Shown here: positions 27,966-38,700 of the stretch, in pieces | How positions within the stretch are numbered: the first letter of the stretch is position 1 | Layout: each line of letters starts with the position of its first letter | From: Flavobacteriia bacterium | Lineage (GTDB): Bacteria > Bacteroidota > Bacteroidia > Flavobacteriales_D > Crocinitomicaceae | Length of the DNA stretch: 48,119 nt | Assembly: GCA_009925805.1 (NCBI GenBank) | Contig: RFQF01000001.1 | Location: 1 to 48,119 of the forward strand | Direction of reading: 5' to 3' | Program-made: the position numbers and the translations under genes | The notes under the pieces: generated by a model | What the model was told of the DNA's origin: nothing | The model's input: only the letters and a program-made list of their open reading frames with translations | The model's database searches: none

Positions 27966-29631
27966 CCGCCTTTTTACCCTGCTTTGTGGGCTTTTCGGGT
28001 TAAATGTTTTGTGGGCTCAAGGAAATTTTTCCGGAAACATGGAATCCACGTTTCAATACTTAAACAACGACCCCACCATCAACGCGTTTCAACCTCCATC
28101 CAAAGGATTGATTAACTCCTACATGAATGTATTTTACACCAACGGAGGATTTAAGGCAGGTGTGCGCTTAGAAAGTTATTTACCCAGAATTCAAGGATAT
28201 CCCAATCGATTTGATGGTACAGGCCTTGGATACCGATATGTGGGATACCAAAATGCAAAAGTGGATATTACTGTTGGGAATTTTTACGAACAATTTGGAA
28301 ACGGTTTATCCTTTAGAATTTACGAGGATCGTGCCTTGGGGTACGATAATGTAATGGATGGAATTCGATTGATTTTTAAACCCATTAAAGGGATTCAATT
28401 GAAAGGGGTTTATGGTAAACAACGCGTTTCGTTCGTTGGTGGAAAAGTCGTTTACAGCGATGGAATTGTCCGAGGCTTGGACGGGGAAATAAACATAAAT
28501 TCGGCGTTTGAAAAATCATTAGGGACATTTCCATTAACGCTTGTTTTGGGAGCTTCTTTTGTCAGTAAATATCAAAAAGACGACGATGACGCGCTCATTT
28601 TGCCTGAAAACGTTGGTGCATATGGAGGTAGGGCTAAGCTTATTTACAAGAACTTTACACTCGACGGCGAATACATAAAAAAAGAACAAGACCCATCCCT
28701 GGATAATGGAAAAATTTATAATTACGGCCATGCGGCCGTTGCCAATTTTGGGTATTCTAAAAAAGGGTTTGGATTTTCCATTTCAGGTAAATCCGTCGAT
28801 AACATGAGTTATCGTTCTGATCGCAATAAAGACCTTCAAGATGCCTTTATCAATTATCTTCCGGCCCTCAATAAAACGCATACGTACAATCTTGTAGCCA
28901 CGTTATATCCTTATGCAACCCAACCCTTGGGGGAAGTGGCGTACCAAGCAGACCTTGTGTATACAATCAAAAAAGGAACTTCATGGGGAGGAAAATACGG
29001 AACCACCATTGGAGTAAATGCTTCAACAGCCTATCGCCCGATTCGAAACACCTCAGGAATTAATCCGAACGACTCAAGCCGCATTACTTATAGTTCCCAC
29101 CTTTTTCAGAAAAGTGATAGCCTTTATTGGCGCGATATTAATGCGAATATTACTCGTAAAATCAACAAAAAACTCCTGCTTATTTTCTCGTATTTTAACA
29201 TTACCATCAACAACGACGTTGCAAAAGTTTCGAACGACGCGAAAGGGATAATAAGTTCCCACATTGGGGTTGTGGAAGCTTCGTATAAAATGAATGCGAA
29301 GCATAACTTACGGATGGAGTTGCAAGGAATGTTTGTCAATAAACTGCCTAATGGAATGATCAATGATAAAGGGAACTGGGCCACAGTCCTGCTTGAATAT
29401 ACGGTTGCGCCGAGTTATTTTGTAAGTTTCTTAAATCAATACAATTACGGGAACCCTAATCCCGATAAACGGGTTAATTATCCAAACATTACTTGCGGAT
29501 ACATCCATGAATCCACACGGATCATGCTCTCCTATGGACGACAGCGCGCCGGGCTTTTCTGTGTTGGAGGGGTGTGCCGATTCGTACCTGCCAATAATGG
29601 CTTAACCTTAAGTTTCACCCAAAGTTTTTAA
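27931..29631 (+). CDS. Outer-membrane beta-barrel protein (DUF6029-like)
   Basis: Signal peptide ending LNVLWAQ, alternating beta-strand pattern throughout, C-terminal aromatic end ...LTLSFTQSF. The start is 27931 or 27916; either overlaps the end of the TlpA gene. Confidence 0.6.
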   Translation: MKKSKSLPLKNNRLFTLLCGLFGLNVLWAQGNFSGNMESTFQYLNNDPTINAFQPPSKGLINSYMNVFYTNGGFKAGVRLESYLPRIQGYPNRFDGTGLGYRYVGYQNAKVDITVGNFYEQFGNGLSFRIYEDRALGYDNVMDGIRLIFKPIKGIQLKGVYGKQRVSFVGGKVVYSDGIVRGLDGEININSAFEKSLGTFPLTLVLGASFVSKYQKDDDDALILPENVGAYGGRAKLIYKNFTLDGEYIKKEQDPSLDNGKIYNYGHAAVANFGYSKKGFGFSISGKSVDNMSYRSDRNKDLQDAFINYLPALNKTHTYNLVATLYPYATQPLGEVAYQADLVYTIKKGTSWGGKYGTTIGVNASTAYRPIRNTSGINPNDSSRITYSSHLFQKSDSLYWRDINANITRKINKKLLLIFSYFNITINNDVAKVSNDAKGIISSHIGVVEASYKMNAKHNLRMELQGMFVNKLPNGMINDKGNWATVLLEYTVAPSYFVSFLNQYNYGNPNPDKRVNYPNITCGYIHESTRIMLSYGRQRAGLFCVGGVCRFVPANNGLTLSFTQSF

Positions 29632-29633
29632 GT

Positions 29634-30569
29634 ATGAAGCGTTTTTTGGGAATATTGTTTTTAGCACTTTTATTTTTCTCCTCTTGCGATCATGTCAAGA
29701 ACCCCTATCCACCCTCTACAGGTTCGGATTTAGACACTTCGCTTTATCCAGGTAATTGGAGCAATTATCTCGCGAACGAATGGCCAACGTTTACCCAAAA
29801 CACCAACCTCAATCGTAACCTCTTGGTGGAGGATTTTACGGGACATAAGTGTATTTATTGCCCTGCCGCGGCTGATTTAGCCCACGCTTTGCATGTAGCA
29901 AATCCGGCAAGGGTATTTCCGCTTTCCATTCATGCTGGACCCACAGGAATTGGGGATTTTCAGGTAGTGGATGCTGCGGGGGGCTATCCAACCGATTTCA
30001 CAAATACTGATGGAATCGCGATTGCCCAGTATTTTGGGGCAAATGACGGCGGATTTATTGGAAATCCAAGGGGGACTATAAGTCGAATCAACAATGGAGG
30101 GGTGCTTTTCCAGAGTCCTGGCGCCTGGACGGGGATGGTTACAAATGCCTTGAGTCAGAACATCCTTAAAGTCAACATGCAATCCGCGCTCAATTATTAT
30201 CCTAGCACCAAGGGCGCCTTTTTACACGTAGAAATTGAAAAACTTGACCCAAATTTGAACAATGAACTCGCCGTGGTTGCCTGCATCGTGGAGGATTCCT
30301 TAATTGGAGATCAAAAAATGTCCGATAACAGCCATAATCCAAATTACATCCATCGCGACATTCATCGGGGGAACTTGAATCATACGCCATTTGGCAAAAC
30401 ATTGACCAACGCGGAGCTTACCAATGGAAAATACTATGTGAACTATTCTTTTGTGGTGCCCAACCAACTCGATGGGAATTTTAATGCCGCAAACATGCAT
30501 GTTTTGGTGTACGTTTATGACAAGAGCACCTGGGAAATTTATCAAGTAATTGAACATGCCCTTCAATAA
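29634..30569 (+). CDS. Omp28-related lipoprotein with a thioredoxin-like CxxC
   Basis: Lipobox LLFFSSC and motif VEDFTGHKCIYCPAA. The start lies 2 nt after the beta-barrel gene stop. Confidence 0.6.
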   Translation: MKRFLGILFLALLFFSSCDHVKNPYPPSTGSDLDTSLYPGNWSNYLANEWPTFTQNTNLNRNLLVEDFTGHKCIYCPAAADLAHALHVANPARVFPLSIHAGPTGIGDFQVVDAAGGYPTDFTNTDGIAIAQYFGANDGGFIGNPRGTISRINNGGVLFQSPGAWTGMVTNALSQNILKVNMQSALNYYPSTKGAFLHVEIEKLDPNLNNELAVVACIVEDSLIGDQKMSDNSHNPNYIHRDIHRGNLNHTPFGKTLTNAELTNGKYYVNYSFVVPNQLDGNFNAANMHVLVYVYDKSTWEIYQVIEHALQ

Positions 30570-30594
30570 AAAAGGCCGCAATCAGCGGCCTTTT
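30570..30594. terminator. Bidirectional hairpin terminator
   Basis: Perfect 10-bp stem AAAAGGCCGC/GCGGCCTTTT with a 5-nt loop, between convergent genes. Confidence 0.8.
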
Positions 30595-30613
30595 CCTAAT
30601 TAAATCAGGTGAT

Positions 30614-31357
30614 TTAGTTTTTTAACAACCGTACAGTTTCAACACCGTTGGTTCCGTAAACCTTCAAGAAGTATATGCCGCTGGTTAAGTCGGCTAAAGG
30701 AAGTGACACACTTGAAACTCCCTCAACCGCTTGCTTAAGGAGAATTTGTCCGCTCAAGTTGCTTAGTGTTAAGGTATGACCCTGCACGCCTTTTACGGTT
30801 ACCAAACCGTTTGTAGGGTTAGGGGAAACAGTTAAAGGCTCAATTATTTCAGTTATGAATCCAGCGTTACCAACAACTATTTTGTAACCTGAAAAAGAAA
30901 CCGATTGAGTAACTGGAGCCGGAGGAAGTCCAGGAATAAGCGATACTAATACTGTTGCACTCACGTTTATCGTTACAGGATAGGTTCCCGTGGTGGCGGT
31001 TGTCCCCCAAATATTCGCACATCCATTGGCTCCTCCAGCGTATTGACAGTTGGCATTATTACACGCATAATTAAATCCCGTAGGTAAGCCTTGCACTCCC
31101 GTAACAGAAAAACCTTGAATAGGAGACCCCACAAATTGGCCGGAAGGATCCAATCCAGCGGTTACCGTGGCAGGCACTTTGAAATTCAAATCGGTGGTAT
31201 AAGCCACATTTGCCGCGGCAGGAGGAAGGTTCTGAACCGTATCGGGCCAAATACCATAGGTAGAGTCGACAAAATTAGCTCCAGGAACGCAAGATTGCCC
31301 GAAAGAAACGGCCGTAAAAACCGTTAGAAAAGCGAAAACGAGGTAAGAATTTTTCAT
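30614..31357 (-). CDS. T9SS type A sorting-domain secreted protein, Cys-rich
   Basis: 247 aa with a signal peptide. Cys cluster YACNNANCQYAGGANGCANIWG. C-terminal tail VSPNPTNGLVTV...GIYFLKVYG...VRLLKN. Confidence 0.75.
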   Translation of the reverse strand: MKNSYLVFAFLTVFTAVSFGQSCVPGANFVDSTYGIWPDTVQNLPPAAANVAYTTDLNFKVPATVTAGLDPSGQFVGSPIQGFSVTGVQGLPTGFNYACNNANCQYAGGANGCANIWGTTATTGTYPVTINVSATVLVSLIPGLPPAPVTQSVSFSGYKIVVGNAGFITEIIEPLTVSPNPTNGLVTVKGVQGHTLTLSNLSGQILLKQAVEGVSSVSLPLADLTSGIYFLKVYGTNGVETVRLLKN

Positions 31358-31414
31358 AAAAAAAGGTTTTGAGTTCCCTCAAAGATATTAAAAAATCCTC
31401 CCGAACAAAATTTT

Positions 31415-31422
31415 TACCTTTG
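31415..31422 (+). promoter_or_regulatory. -7 box TACCTTTG upstream of the DUF4286-rsmA operon
   Basis: Exact TAnnTTTG, 24 nt before the ATG at 31447. Confidence 0.45.
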
Positions 31423-31446
31423 CGCCTAATGTAGACCGCACCTCTT

Positions 31447-31788
31447 ATGGAAGATTCCTTGATCTATAATTCCAACGTTTTGTATAACGTTACCATTAGT
31501 CTAGACCCAAGCATTGAGACCGATTGGTTGCATTGGATGCAACATACGCATATACCCGATGTGTTGAAATCGGCGTGTTTTTTACGCTGTTTAATATCAA
31601 AGGTAAACGGGAATGAACCCGGCGAATGCACTTATTCCGTACTTTATTGGGCCAAAAATGCGACAAGTCTTGATCGGTATTTTAATGAATTTGCGCAACG
31701 GCTTCAACAGGAACATACCTCGCGGTACGATGGAAAATTTGTAGCTTTCCGAACGACCATGAACGTCATCAATACCCTGGAACCGTGA
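31447..31788 (+). CDS. DUF4286-like protein
   Basis: 113 aa. The N-terminus (YNVTISLDPSIETDWLHWMQHTHIPDVL) matches my recollection of the DUF4286 pattern. Confidence 0.55.
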   Translation: MEDSLIYNSNVLYNVTISLDPSIETDWLHWMQHTHIPDVLKSACFLRCLISKVNGNEPGECTYSVLYWAKNATSLDRYFNEFAQRLQQEHTSRYDGKFVAFRTTMNVINTLEP

Positions 31789-32558
31789 AAGTAACTCCCA
31801 AGAAACATCTGGGGCAACACTTTTTAATCAATGAGGCGGTTTGTAAAAAAATAGTGGATGCCATTCCTCCTTGTGAAACACCTACTTCGGTTTTGGAAAT
31901 AGGCCCAGGAAAAGGAGCTATTACCAAATATTTACTGGAACGAAAAGATCTGGTACTCCATGCTTTCGATATTGATCACGAATCCATTGATTACCTGAAA
32001 CAGACATATCCGGATTTTACGGGGGCTCATTTAGCTGATTTTTTACGTGCCGATCTTACGCATTATTTTCAAACGAGGCCAATTTTCGTTGTGGGGAATT
32101 TTCCCTACAACATTTCTTCGCAAATCCTGTTCAAGTGTTTGGAGCATCGGCAGCAAATCCCGTTCATTTTAGGCATGTTTCAAAAAGAAGTGGCACGGAG
32201 AATCGCTGAACCGCCAGGGAGTAAAGAATACGGAATTTTGAGCGTGCTCGTTCAAGCGTTCTATGAAGTAAAGTATCTATTCTCGATTGAACCGGGATCG
32301 TTTTATCCACCACCCAAGGTGGTTTCGGGCGTGATTCGCTGTATACGCAATGAGCGCAGTGAGCTTCCGTGCAACGAGGCCTTGTTTTTTTCTGTGGTAA
32401 AAACAGCCTTCAATCAACGAAGAAAAACCTTAAGAAATTCGTTGAAAAATCTTTGCGGCGCGCTCCCGGCGGAGCTTTCTTCAAAACGACCGGAGCAGTT
32501 GAACGTGGAAGAGTATATTTATTTAACGCAATACATTGAATCGCATGGCCAAAATTAA
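31785..32558 (+). CDS. rsmA: 16S rRNA (adenine1518/1519-N6)-dimethyltransferase
   Basis: 257 aa. Motifs HLGQHFL, VLEIGPGKGAIT, VVGNFPYNISS. GTG start in a GTGA overlap with the upstream stop. Confidence 0.9.
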   Translation: MKVTPKKHLGQHFLINEAVCKKIVDAIPPCETPTSVLEIGPGKGAITKYLLERKDLVLHAFDIDHESIDYLKQTYPDFTGAHLADFLRADLTHYFQTRPIFVVGNFPYNISSQILFKCLEHRQQIPFILGMFQKEVARRIAEPPGSKEYGILSVLVQAFYEVKYLFSIEPGSFYPPPKVVSGVIRCIRNERSELPCNEALFFSVVKTAFNQRRKTLRNSLKNLCGALPAELSSKRPEQLNVEEYIYLTQYIESHGQN

Positions 32559-33084
32559 TAAGGACCCAATAACCCAGCTGCAGGTAGAAAGTGAAACTGA
32601 ATTTCGCGAAGCCCTTACCGCCTTAGAACAAAAAGGAACCCTGCAACAATTGCCTCAGCTAATCACCTTTTATCTACAACTACCAATAGGGTTTAAAAGG
32701 ACAGCAATGCATGCGTTTTTAGCTTCAATCATTAAAAAAGGAATCCGAGAAGCGTGGATGGAATTATTAAAAAATACGATTAAAGAAGAAGAAAAACATC
32801 CAATCATTAATATTTTGTGGAACACACGAATTGACTTCAGTCCCTATTTAGTCGAGTTCGTGCGGTGGGCAGTTGAGGGAGACTATCAAACGACCTTAGA
32901 ATGCCTTACCGTAATGGAGCAAATGGCGGGGCCTTTCGGCGAGGAGTTGTTGTTAGAAGCACAATGTTTATTGCAAGAAAGAAGGAACTCCCATACTGAA
33001 AGTCCGCAAAAGAGGGCACTTCTTGAAGATATTGAAAGCGTATTAAAAAACTTCGAATCCGACGACGAATTACCGTTGGATTGA
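32545..33084 (+). CDS. Hypothetical protein
   Basis: About 179 aa from the ATG at 32545, which overlaps the end of rsmA. Looks helical; I recognise no motif. Confidence 0.45.
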   Translation: MAKINKDPITQLQVESETEFREALTALEQKGTLQQLPQLITFYLQLPIGFKRTAMHAFLASIIKKGIREAWMELLKNTIKEEEKHPIINILWNTRIDFSPYLVEFVRWAVEGDYQTTLECLTVMEQMAGPFGEELLLEAQCLLQERRNSHTESPQKRALLEDIESVLKNFESDDELPLD

Positions 33085-33423
33085 GGCTTCGTTGTAGCGC
33101 TGAATTACACTTTCGTTCATTTCCAGAAAAAGGGACGGGTGAGATGCGTAATAGGTAAAGCTTAATTCGTATTGTTTTCGGGAGATTTGGTGTTTTTTAA
33201 AAATAGGGATTAAAGCCCTTTCTAACGGCTCTTGGTAAAGGCCCGGGATACCGTAGGCTTTTTGGTAATGCATTTCGACTAAATATACCTCGGCCATCAG
33301 TTCAATCATTCGTTCCTTTTCTACTACGCGCTGCTGGTTAGGGCTGTTTTTACAGGAAGAACTGATAAAAAGTAAAAGGACACCGCTAAGGGTTAATTGT
33401 AAAGAACGTACTCCAACTTTCAT
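33070..33423 (-). CDS. Small lipoprotein (DUF4296-like)
   Basis: The ATG at 33423 forms an ATGA overlap with the upstream GT2 stop. Lipobox LLFISSSC. The family call is from memory only. Confidence 0.5.
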   Translation of the reverse strand: MKVGVRSLQLTLSGVLLLFISSSCKNSPNQQRVVEKERMIELMAEVYLVEMHYQKAYGIPGLYQEPLERALIPIFKKHQISRKQYELSFTYYASHPSLFLEMNESVIQRYNEASIQR

Positions 33424-34139
33424 AAGCGTAATCGTTTCATTTTCCAAACGCCAAAAAGAGCTTCTTTAAATATCCCAGAACTCATTTTTGATTCGCCAAA
33501 CAATCGGTCTTTAAAAGTGATTGGTACCTCCACCACCTTCAGTTTTTTCTTAAGCACGGCATATTTCATGCAAATTTGAAAGGCATAACCCTTGAACGTG
33601 ATTACGTCCAAAGCAATCAATTCTAGGGTGGCTCGTCGATAACATTTAAACCCAGCCGTTGAGTCCTTAATGTTGATCCACAGGATGATGCGAACATAAA
33701 GGTTGGCAAAATAGGAAAGCAACCAGCGGCTGAAGGGCCAATTTTCAATTTTTCCTCCACGACAGTACCTTGAACCGATCGCCAAATCTGCCCCTTCTAC
33801 GCAGCGTTTTTTTAGGCGCAATAGGTCTTTCGGGTCGTGGGAAAAATCACAATCCATTTCAAATAAGTACTCGAAGTTTTTTTCCAATCCCCACTTAAAT
33901 CCCGCAATGTAGGCTGTTCCTAATCCTAATTTTCCCTCCCGTTTCAGTAAGAACACGCGGTTAGGAAACTTGGCCTGCATTTTTTCGATTTCTACCTGCG
34001 TGCCATCCGGAGAATGATCATCGACAAAAAGAAGGCTAAAGGAGTCGCTTTCTGCTAATACCGCCTCCGTAATCAAAGCAACATTTTCGCGTTCATTGTA
34101 CGTTGGAATGATAATTAGGGTGTCTAGCATGATTTTCAA
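33420..34139 (-). CDS. GT2 polyprenol-phosphate mannosyltransferase (Dpm1-like)
   Basis: 239 aa. Motifs IIIPTYNERENV, FVDDHSPDGT, FEMDCDFSHDP. Confidence 0.85.
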   Translation of the reverse strand: MKIMLDTLIIIPTYNERENVALITEAVLAESDSFSLLFVDDHSPDGTQVEIEKMQAKFPNRVFLLKREGKLGLGTAYIAGFKWGLEKNFEYLFEMDCDFSHDPKDLLRLKKRCVEGADLAIGSRYCRGGKIENWPFSRWLLSYFANLYVRIILWINIKDSTAGFKCYRRATLELIALDVITFKGYAFQICMKYAVLKKKLKVVEVPITFKDRLFGESKMSSGIFKEALFGVWKMKRLRL

Positions 34140-34250
34140 GGACAGCGAATTTAGGTAAATTGGGGCAGTTCTTGAAATTATTTACAGCAACTCTTCAGTA
34201 AGCCGCTAATTACACAAGAAAGTTTCGCCAACTTCCCCGATAAATCTGTC

Positions 34251-34258
34251 TATATTTG
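34251..34258 (+). promoter_or_regulatory. -7 box TATATTTG upstream of rseP
   Basis: Exact TAnnTTTG, 17 nt before the ATG at 34276. Confidence 0.5.
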
Positions 34259-34275
34259 CCCACACATTTAATGGC

Positions 34276-35679
34276 ATGGAAATTTCCGAAATTTTAATAA
34301 AAGCAGCGCAGCTTATTTTATCCCTGGCTTTTTTAGTGACGATTCATGAGTTTGGCCACTTCATACCTGCTCGGCTCTTCAAAACAAAGGTGGAACGATT
34401 TTATCTCTTCTTCAATCCTTGGTTTTCCATTTTTCGCTATAAAAAAGTAAACGGTAAAAAGAAATATTCCTGGTTTTCAAAAAAATCACCCGAGGAATGG
34501 AGCCAAGACGACAATACCACAGAGTGGGGGTTGGGGTGGTTGCCGCTGGGGGGATATGTGAAAATTGCAGGAATGGTGGACGAATCAATGGACAAAGAAC
34601 AAATGGCGCAAGCTCCCAAAGCCTATGAATTCAGAACCAAAAAAGTTTGGCAGCGCTTGATTATTATGGTAGGAGGAGTTACTGTAAATCTCATCGGCGG
34701 GTTTTTGATTTATGCCTCCATTGCATGGGTTTGGGGAGGATACACCTTAGATTTGAAAAAAATGGAAAACGGTATGGCGATTCATCCGTATCTAGCGCAG
34801 TTCGACATTCACTCCGGAGATAAAATCTTGGCACTTGATGGAAAAAGAGTAACCACCCTGGAGGATATTAACCGAGGCATTTTTTTACGAAACAAAACAA
34901 CGGTAACGCTTCTTAGAGCAGGTAAAACGGAAATACGTGTTCTGCCCGACGACATCGATCAGCAACTTTTTCAAAACGGCGCTATGGGGGTTGCTTCCTT
35001 GAGAACGTTGGCTTCAAAAGTGGATTCGGTGGTTCCTAAAAGTCGTGCAGCGTTTGCCGGACTGAAGACGGGAGATAGTATATTGCGCATAGGAAATACA
35101 TCGATTCGCTTCTTTGATGAAATCCAAAGCTCCCTCTACCGGGTCAAAGGGGAAAAAACAACCTTAACGGTTTTAAGGGAAAAGGACACCTTATTGCTGC
35201 CTGTAAATGTAAGTCCCGAAGGAACCCTGGGTTTTATTAGCTCCAATGTTCCGACCTCCGACACCAACGCGATTCAAGCAGTGGAATATGGGTTTTTAGG
35301 AGGATTGGAAAAAGGAATTGTGGGAGGCAGTCAGATGTTGAGGGATTATATTGCCCAATTTAAATTTGTTTTTACTAAGAAGGGAGCTAGTTCCATCGGC
35401 GGATTCACGCGAATTGGCGACATGTTTGCCCCGGCATGGGATTGGAGGGTGTTTTGGTTAAATACGGCCTTCCTTTCGTTTGCTTTAGCTTTTATGAATA
35501 TCCTGCCTATTCCGGCTTTGGATGGTGGACACGTAGTTTTTCTCATCTATGAATGGATTACCGGAAAGGAGGCTCCTCAAAAAATCCTTGAATATGCGCA
35601 GTATATCGGGTTTTTCTTTTTATTGGCCTTAATGATCTATGCCAACGGGAACGATCTCGTACATTTAATTTTTAAGTAA
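34276..35679 (+). CDS. rseP: RIP zinc metalloprotease RseP (site-2 protease)
   Basis: 467 aa. HEFGHF zinc site, PDZ regions, NILPIPALDGGH motif. Confidence 0.9.
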   Translation: MEISEILIKAAQLILSLAFLVTIHEFGHFIPARLFKTKVERFYLFFNPWFSIFRYKKVNGKKKYSWFSKKSPEEWSQDDNTTEWGLGWLPLGGYVKIAGMVDESMDKEQMAQAPKAYEFRTKKVWQRLIIMVGGVTVNLIGGFLIYASIAWVWGGYTLDLKKMENGMAIHPYLAQFDIHSGDKILALDGKRVTTLEDINRGIFLRNKTTVTLLRAGKTEIRVLPDDIDQQLFQNGAMGVASLRTLASKVDSVVPKSRAAFAGLKTGDSILRIGNTSIRFFDEIQSSLYRVKGEKTTLTVLREKDTLLLPVNVSPEGTLGFISSNVPTSDTNAIQAVEYGFLGGLEKGIVGGSQMLRDYIAQFKFVFTKKGASSIGGFTRIGDMFAPAWDWRVFWLNTAFLSFALAFMNILPIPALDGGHVVFLIYEWITGKEAPQKILEYAQYIGFFFLLALMIYANGNDLVHLIFK

Positions 35680-35723
35680 ACGAAGACGCTCCCCGTACGA
35701 AATCCATGGTGCTTTTAGTTCCT

Positions 35724-38700
35724 TTAGAAAAATGCCCGCAATTCCATTCCCCCGTTGTGAATAACGCTTCGGTTGGAAGGCTTTCTACCGCTGTATTGTA
35801 AATTTAACTGCAAATTTTTCCCTAAGTTGCGCTGCCAAAGCAGCGACCAGGTGTAATTGGATCCGGGTTGAAGGGACTCTAACATTTCGAAAACAACCGC
35901 ACCTTGGCTAATACCTTGGTATTTGAGGTTAAGGTATTTTACATCGCACTGAATGCTGCCTTTTTGGGAAGTGTTATATTTAACCCCGGCGCTTAAGTCC
36001 TTAGCTTCGAGGGTGGCGATTCCGTAAATGGGATTATTGTTCTTTTGTACAAGTTTAAACGCCGAATAAATTCGATAATGGGTGGATGGTTGGTAGGAAA
36101 GCTCGCCGCTTCCTTGCTGGTATTGGATAGCGTAATTTCTTCCGGAAGTATAATCCACTTGAGACCCTTTCATTCCCCATTGAGCTTCGGTTTTTATGGA
36201 AAGCGAAGGCAGAATGTTCCAACGTAATAACACCGAATGAAAGACTAAAGAACGACCATCAAAACCCGTCGCGAGAAGTGTTTTCGTTAAAGATTTGTTG
36301 AATTCGTATTGACCGTTAAATTTGGATGAGGTACGAAAAAGAAACAAGGTGTTCCTCAGGGAATAATTGGAGGAAATAAGGTCGTTATTGGTTATTTCGG
36401 CTACCCAAGGTTTGAGCAGTTCTTCAGGAAGAAATTGTCCAAACTTACGCGTGGATCGCAATCGGAATTGATCCGAGATTTGAGATAGAAACTTTAATAT
36501 GCCTGTTTTTTTTGCCCAAATAATTTCCGGACGCCAAAACAAACTTTGGTTAAATTCCGTGCCGTAGGTTTTTTGATAAGCATTGCTCGGGGTAAAAACG
36601 CGAATGTACTTTGCTTGATCCACATAAGCCGCTAATTCAAATTCGTTTAAGTCTTTTACGCCATCTTGATTGTAGTCAATCCAAGTATACGTTCCTTGGC
36701 CGGCATTTACCTCTAAATATACGAAAGCTCTTTTTTGTTCCAACCCGCTGCTTAATTCATAGTAACTGTTAAATACTAAGGATCCTTTAAGTCCTCGGTA
36801 GTTATATTCAGCTCTACCCACCAACGATTGATCGGGGGCAATCTTTAATAATGAACTGTCAATGGGGGTTAGTTTCCGCCAAGCAAGGGTGCTTAAAAAA
36901 CTGTTCCCGTTTTTTGTTTTTACAGCGGTTTCCGCACCAAATGAAGTTCCTCGAGCGGCAGCCGAAAACCCTGCGCCTTGGGGTTTGTAATCGATTCTGT
37001 CTCGAATAAAAATCCGCACCTTGTTCTTTAGACTGTCCGCATTTTCCAAATAACCTTGATAATCAAAAAAACCATAACTGGTGGAAATAGCCCCGGTCAA
37101 GGTGTCACGGTGATTGAATTCTTGGTCGTCTTTATACCCAACCCGAATTTTTTTGCCTTGATAGGCTAAATGAACGCGATGACGAATAAAGGCGTTTTGT
37201 TGTCCTTTGGAAGATAAAAGCCCGCTTGCGTCCCATTGGGCACTAAAACGTTTGGAATGCAGCATGCCTTCCGAAAAGAGGCGCTGGGCTTCATATTGGT
37301 TGCCTATACTAAAGTATTGCGCCCGAACTATCGCTTTACCATGGGCGTCATGTTCGAACGCGTGTTGGGCATGGATGAGCCGTTGTGCTCCCAGATAATT
37401 TTTCCCTCGGACATTCCAATCGCGGTCGAATTCTACTTTTCGATAGGCCTCTATGGGGTTGAAGTCAGCGCTTAGATACTCAAATTCTGCACTGCTCTGT
37501 TGTTTCCATCCACGATTGTTGGTCAAACTTTGACGGACAATTTTAGTCAGATTTCCAAACCCCCAATCGTTGGCACGATCTTTTTTTGAAAATAAATTCA
37601 GCGCATTTTCTGTGGCACTTACCTCTTGTAAAACCGACCATTTTTCACCCAGTTTTTGCTCTATTCCTACGCTAACCATCGTTCTTCGTTTCGGAGTAAT
37701 GATTCGTTGGATGGGTTCATAATTTCCCTGAGGAATATTTCCGACCGGCATGACCCATCGATAAACAGGACCAAATGCCGTGACTTTATCTAGCACATAA
37801 TTTCCTTTATTGTTGCCCACTTGCGAAAAGGATGCCCGGTACTTGGCGGAATCGGGATGTACGCTAAACACCAAAACGGAATCAAACCCTAAGGAGTCTC
37901 TTAATGCATACAAGTTCTGGTTGGAGAAATATCCCACAGAGTCCAAGGTGGAGCTTTTAGCTTGCAATAAGCTGTCTCCCAATTGGGCCAAAAGCACTTT
38001 GGTTTGTTGGGTTAAATTCAATTGAAGGGGTTGGTTTTTTAAATCCTGTTCGCGGTACAGGTTTAAATACACCGTTGTGTTTTTATCCTGGTATGCAACG
38101 TTTTGCTGAAACAACGAGCGGCTGTATGATTGATCTGAATATTGAAATTCCACCACAATCCGCACATCTTTCGTAATGAGGCGCTTCGGGGTAAACACCA
38201 CTTCAGCTGTGTTGTAATCAATCGTATAATCAAAGGCCTGTCCTCGTTCCATTAAGCGGCCATCGATGTATACGCGCTCTGTCCCAGAGAGCACCACGAT
38301 ATACGGCTCATTTTCCGCGCCAACCAATCGATAAGGCCCTTGGTTGTTTTCGATTCCCTGAATAATTTGTCGCTGAAACTTTCCCTTCGATAATCCAGCA
38401 CTGCTTTGAAAAGAAAGGGTTCCTTTTCCCAGGTTCGTTTGATATTGATTCGTCATGCCTTGCCCCCGTTTTCGATAATTGAGAAAATACCCTTGCGGCT
38501 TGAACAACCAAAAATCTCCCGCAATAAATTTTAAACGCTCGTTGTACAATTGAATGAATACTTGATCAAATTCTTGCAACCTGTTGGTGTTTCCATCCGG
38601 TTGAATGGGAATATTTGCATCCGAAACCGAGGCCAAGAGGTTAAGTCGATCATTGAGTTTTCCGTTAAGTTCCAAATTAAGCGTTGAGTTAATGCCTAAG

